Part shown: in pieces, positions 57,939-58,057 of the stretch
How positions within the stretch are numbered: position 1 is the first letter of the stretch
Layout of the letters: the number at the start of each line of letters is the position of its first letter
Assembly (NCBI GenBank): GCA_964385605.1
Contig: CAYLPQ010000005.1
Location: 1 to 58,057, forward strand
Origin: an uncultured Oscillospiraceae bacterium
Lineage (GTDB): Bacteria > Bacillota > Clostridia > UMGS1883
Length of the DNA stretch: 58,057 nucleotides
Direction of reading: 5' to 3'
Notes under the pieces: generated by a model
The model's database searches: none
Told to the model about the DNA's origin: nothing
Seen by the model: the letters and a program-made list of their open reading frames with translations, nothing else
Position numbers and translations under genes: made by a program

Positions 57939-57981
57939 AAAATTCCCCAATTTGGGGACAGTCCCCAAATTGGGGAATTTT
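57939..57981. repeat. 43-nt inverted repeat built from the same AAAATTCCCCAATTTGGGGA motif
   Basis: AAAATTCCCCAATTTGGGGA-cag-TCCCCAAATTGGGGAATTTT: 20-bp perfect arms, each arm itself internally palindromic. About 85 nt upstream of the glyA start. Confidence 0.8.
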
Positions 57982-58030
57982 CCTCGAATATATTTCTGTG
58001 CAACAAAAAAGTGTTTTTTAAACACTTCAA

Positions 58031-58057
58031 CACCCCTTACCCCTCAATCTTGAGGGG
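58031..58057 (-). repeat. Probable third copy of the two-hairpin repeat (reverse orientation), truncated by the window edge
   Basis: CACC-CCTTACCCCTCAA-tc-TTGAGGGG resembles the reverse complement of copy A (CACC-TTCCCCTCAAGGGGAAGG). Confidence 0.3.

Overview
Chromosomal window from a low-GC, spore-forming Firmicute, probably a Clostridia-type organism (PolC, a SpoVM-like peptide, an SLH-domain wall protein, GGAGG-type ribosome-binding sites). No rRNA, tRNA, CRISPR array, transposase, integrase or recognisable defence module was seen.

Layout:
- Left end, minus strand: a complete F0F1 ATP synthase operon (atpZ-I-B-E-F-H-A-G-D; atpD is cut by the window edge). Upstream of it lie a UDP-GlcNAc 2-epimerase, a TagO/WecA-type GT4 transferase and trpS. 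An orphan DctM-like permease follows.
- About 11.2-38.4 kb: a large cell-surface glycan region. It starts with an MBOAT + SGNH O-acylation pair and a LysR regulator. A minus-strand arm (14695-18639) and a roughly 19.5 kb plus-strand arm (18851-38362) then diverge from a shared promoter region.
- Right part, housekeeping: ABC-F, YaiI, RdgB, two M16 peptidases, lgt, ispG, polC and glyA. Also here are an SLH wall protein, secreted proteins or lipoproteins, and several small genes missing from the ORF track.

Main observations:
1. The glycan locus is unusually rich in amino-acid and amide ligases: one ATP-grasp enzyme, two TupA-like ATP-grasp enzymes, a Ddl-family ligase and a FemAB-like transferase. 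It also carries an EctB-like diaminobutyrate transaminase next to the UDP-GlcA/GalA genes. This suggests a peptide- or amine-decorated uronic-acid polymer.
2. polC lacks the DEDD proofreading exonuclease insert, while the PHP metal-ligand residues look intact.
3. Intergenic repeats: a tandem 90-bp terminator-bearing repeat, a two-hairpin repeat family, and a palindrome shared on both sides of the glyA block.

All coordinates of small features were counted by hand and should be re-verified.
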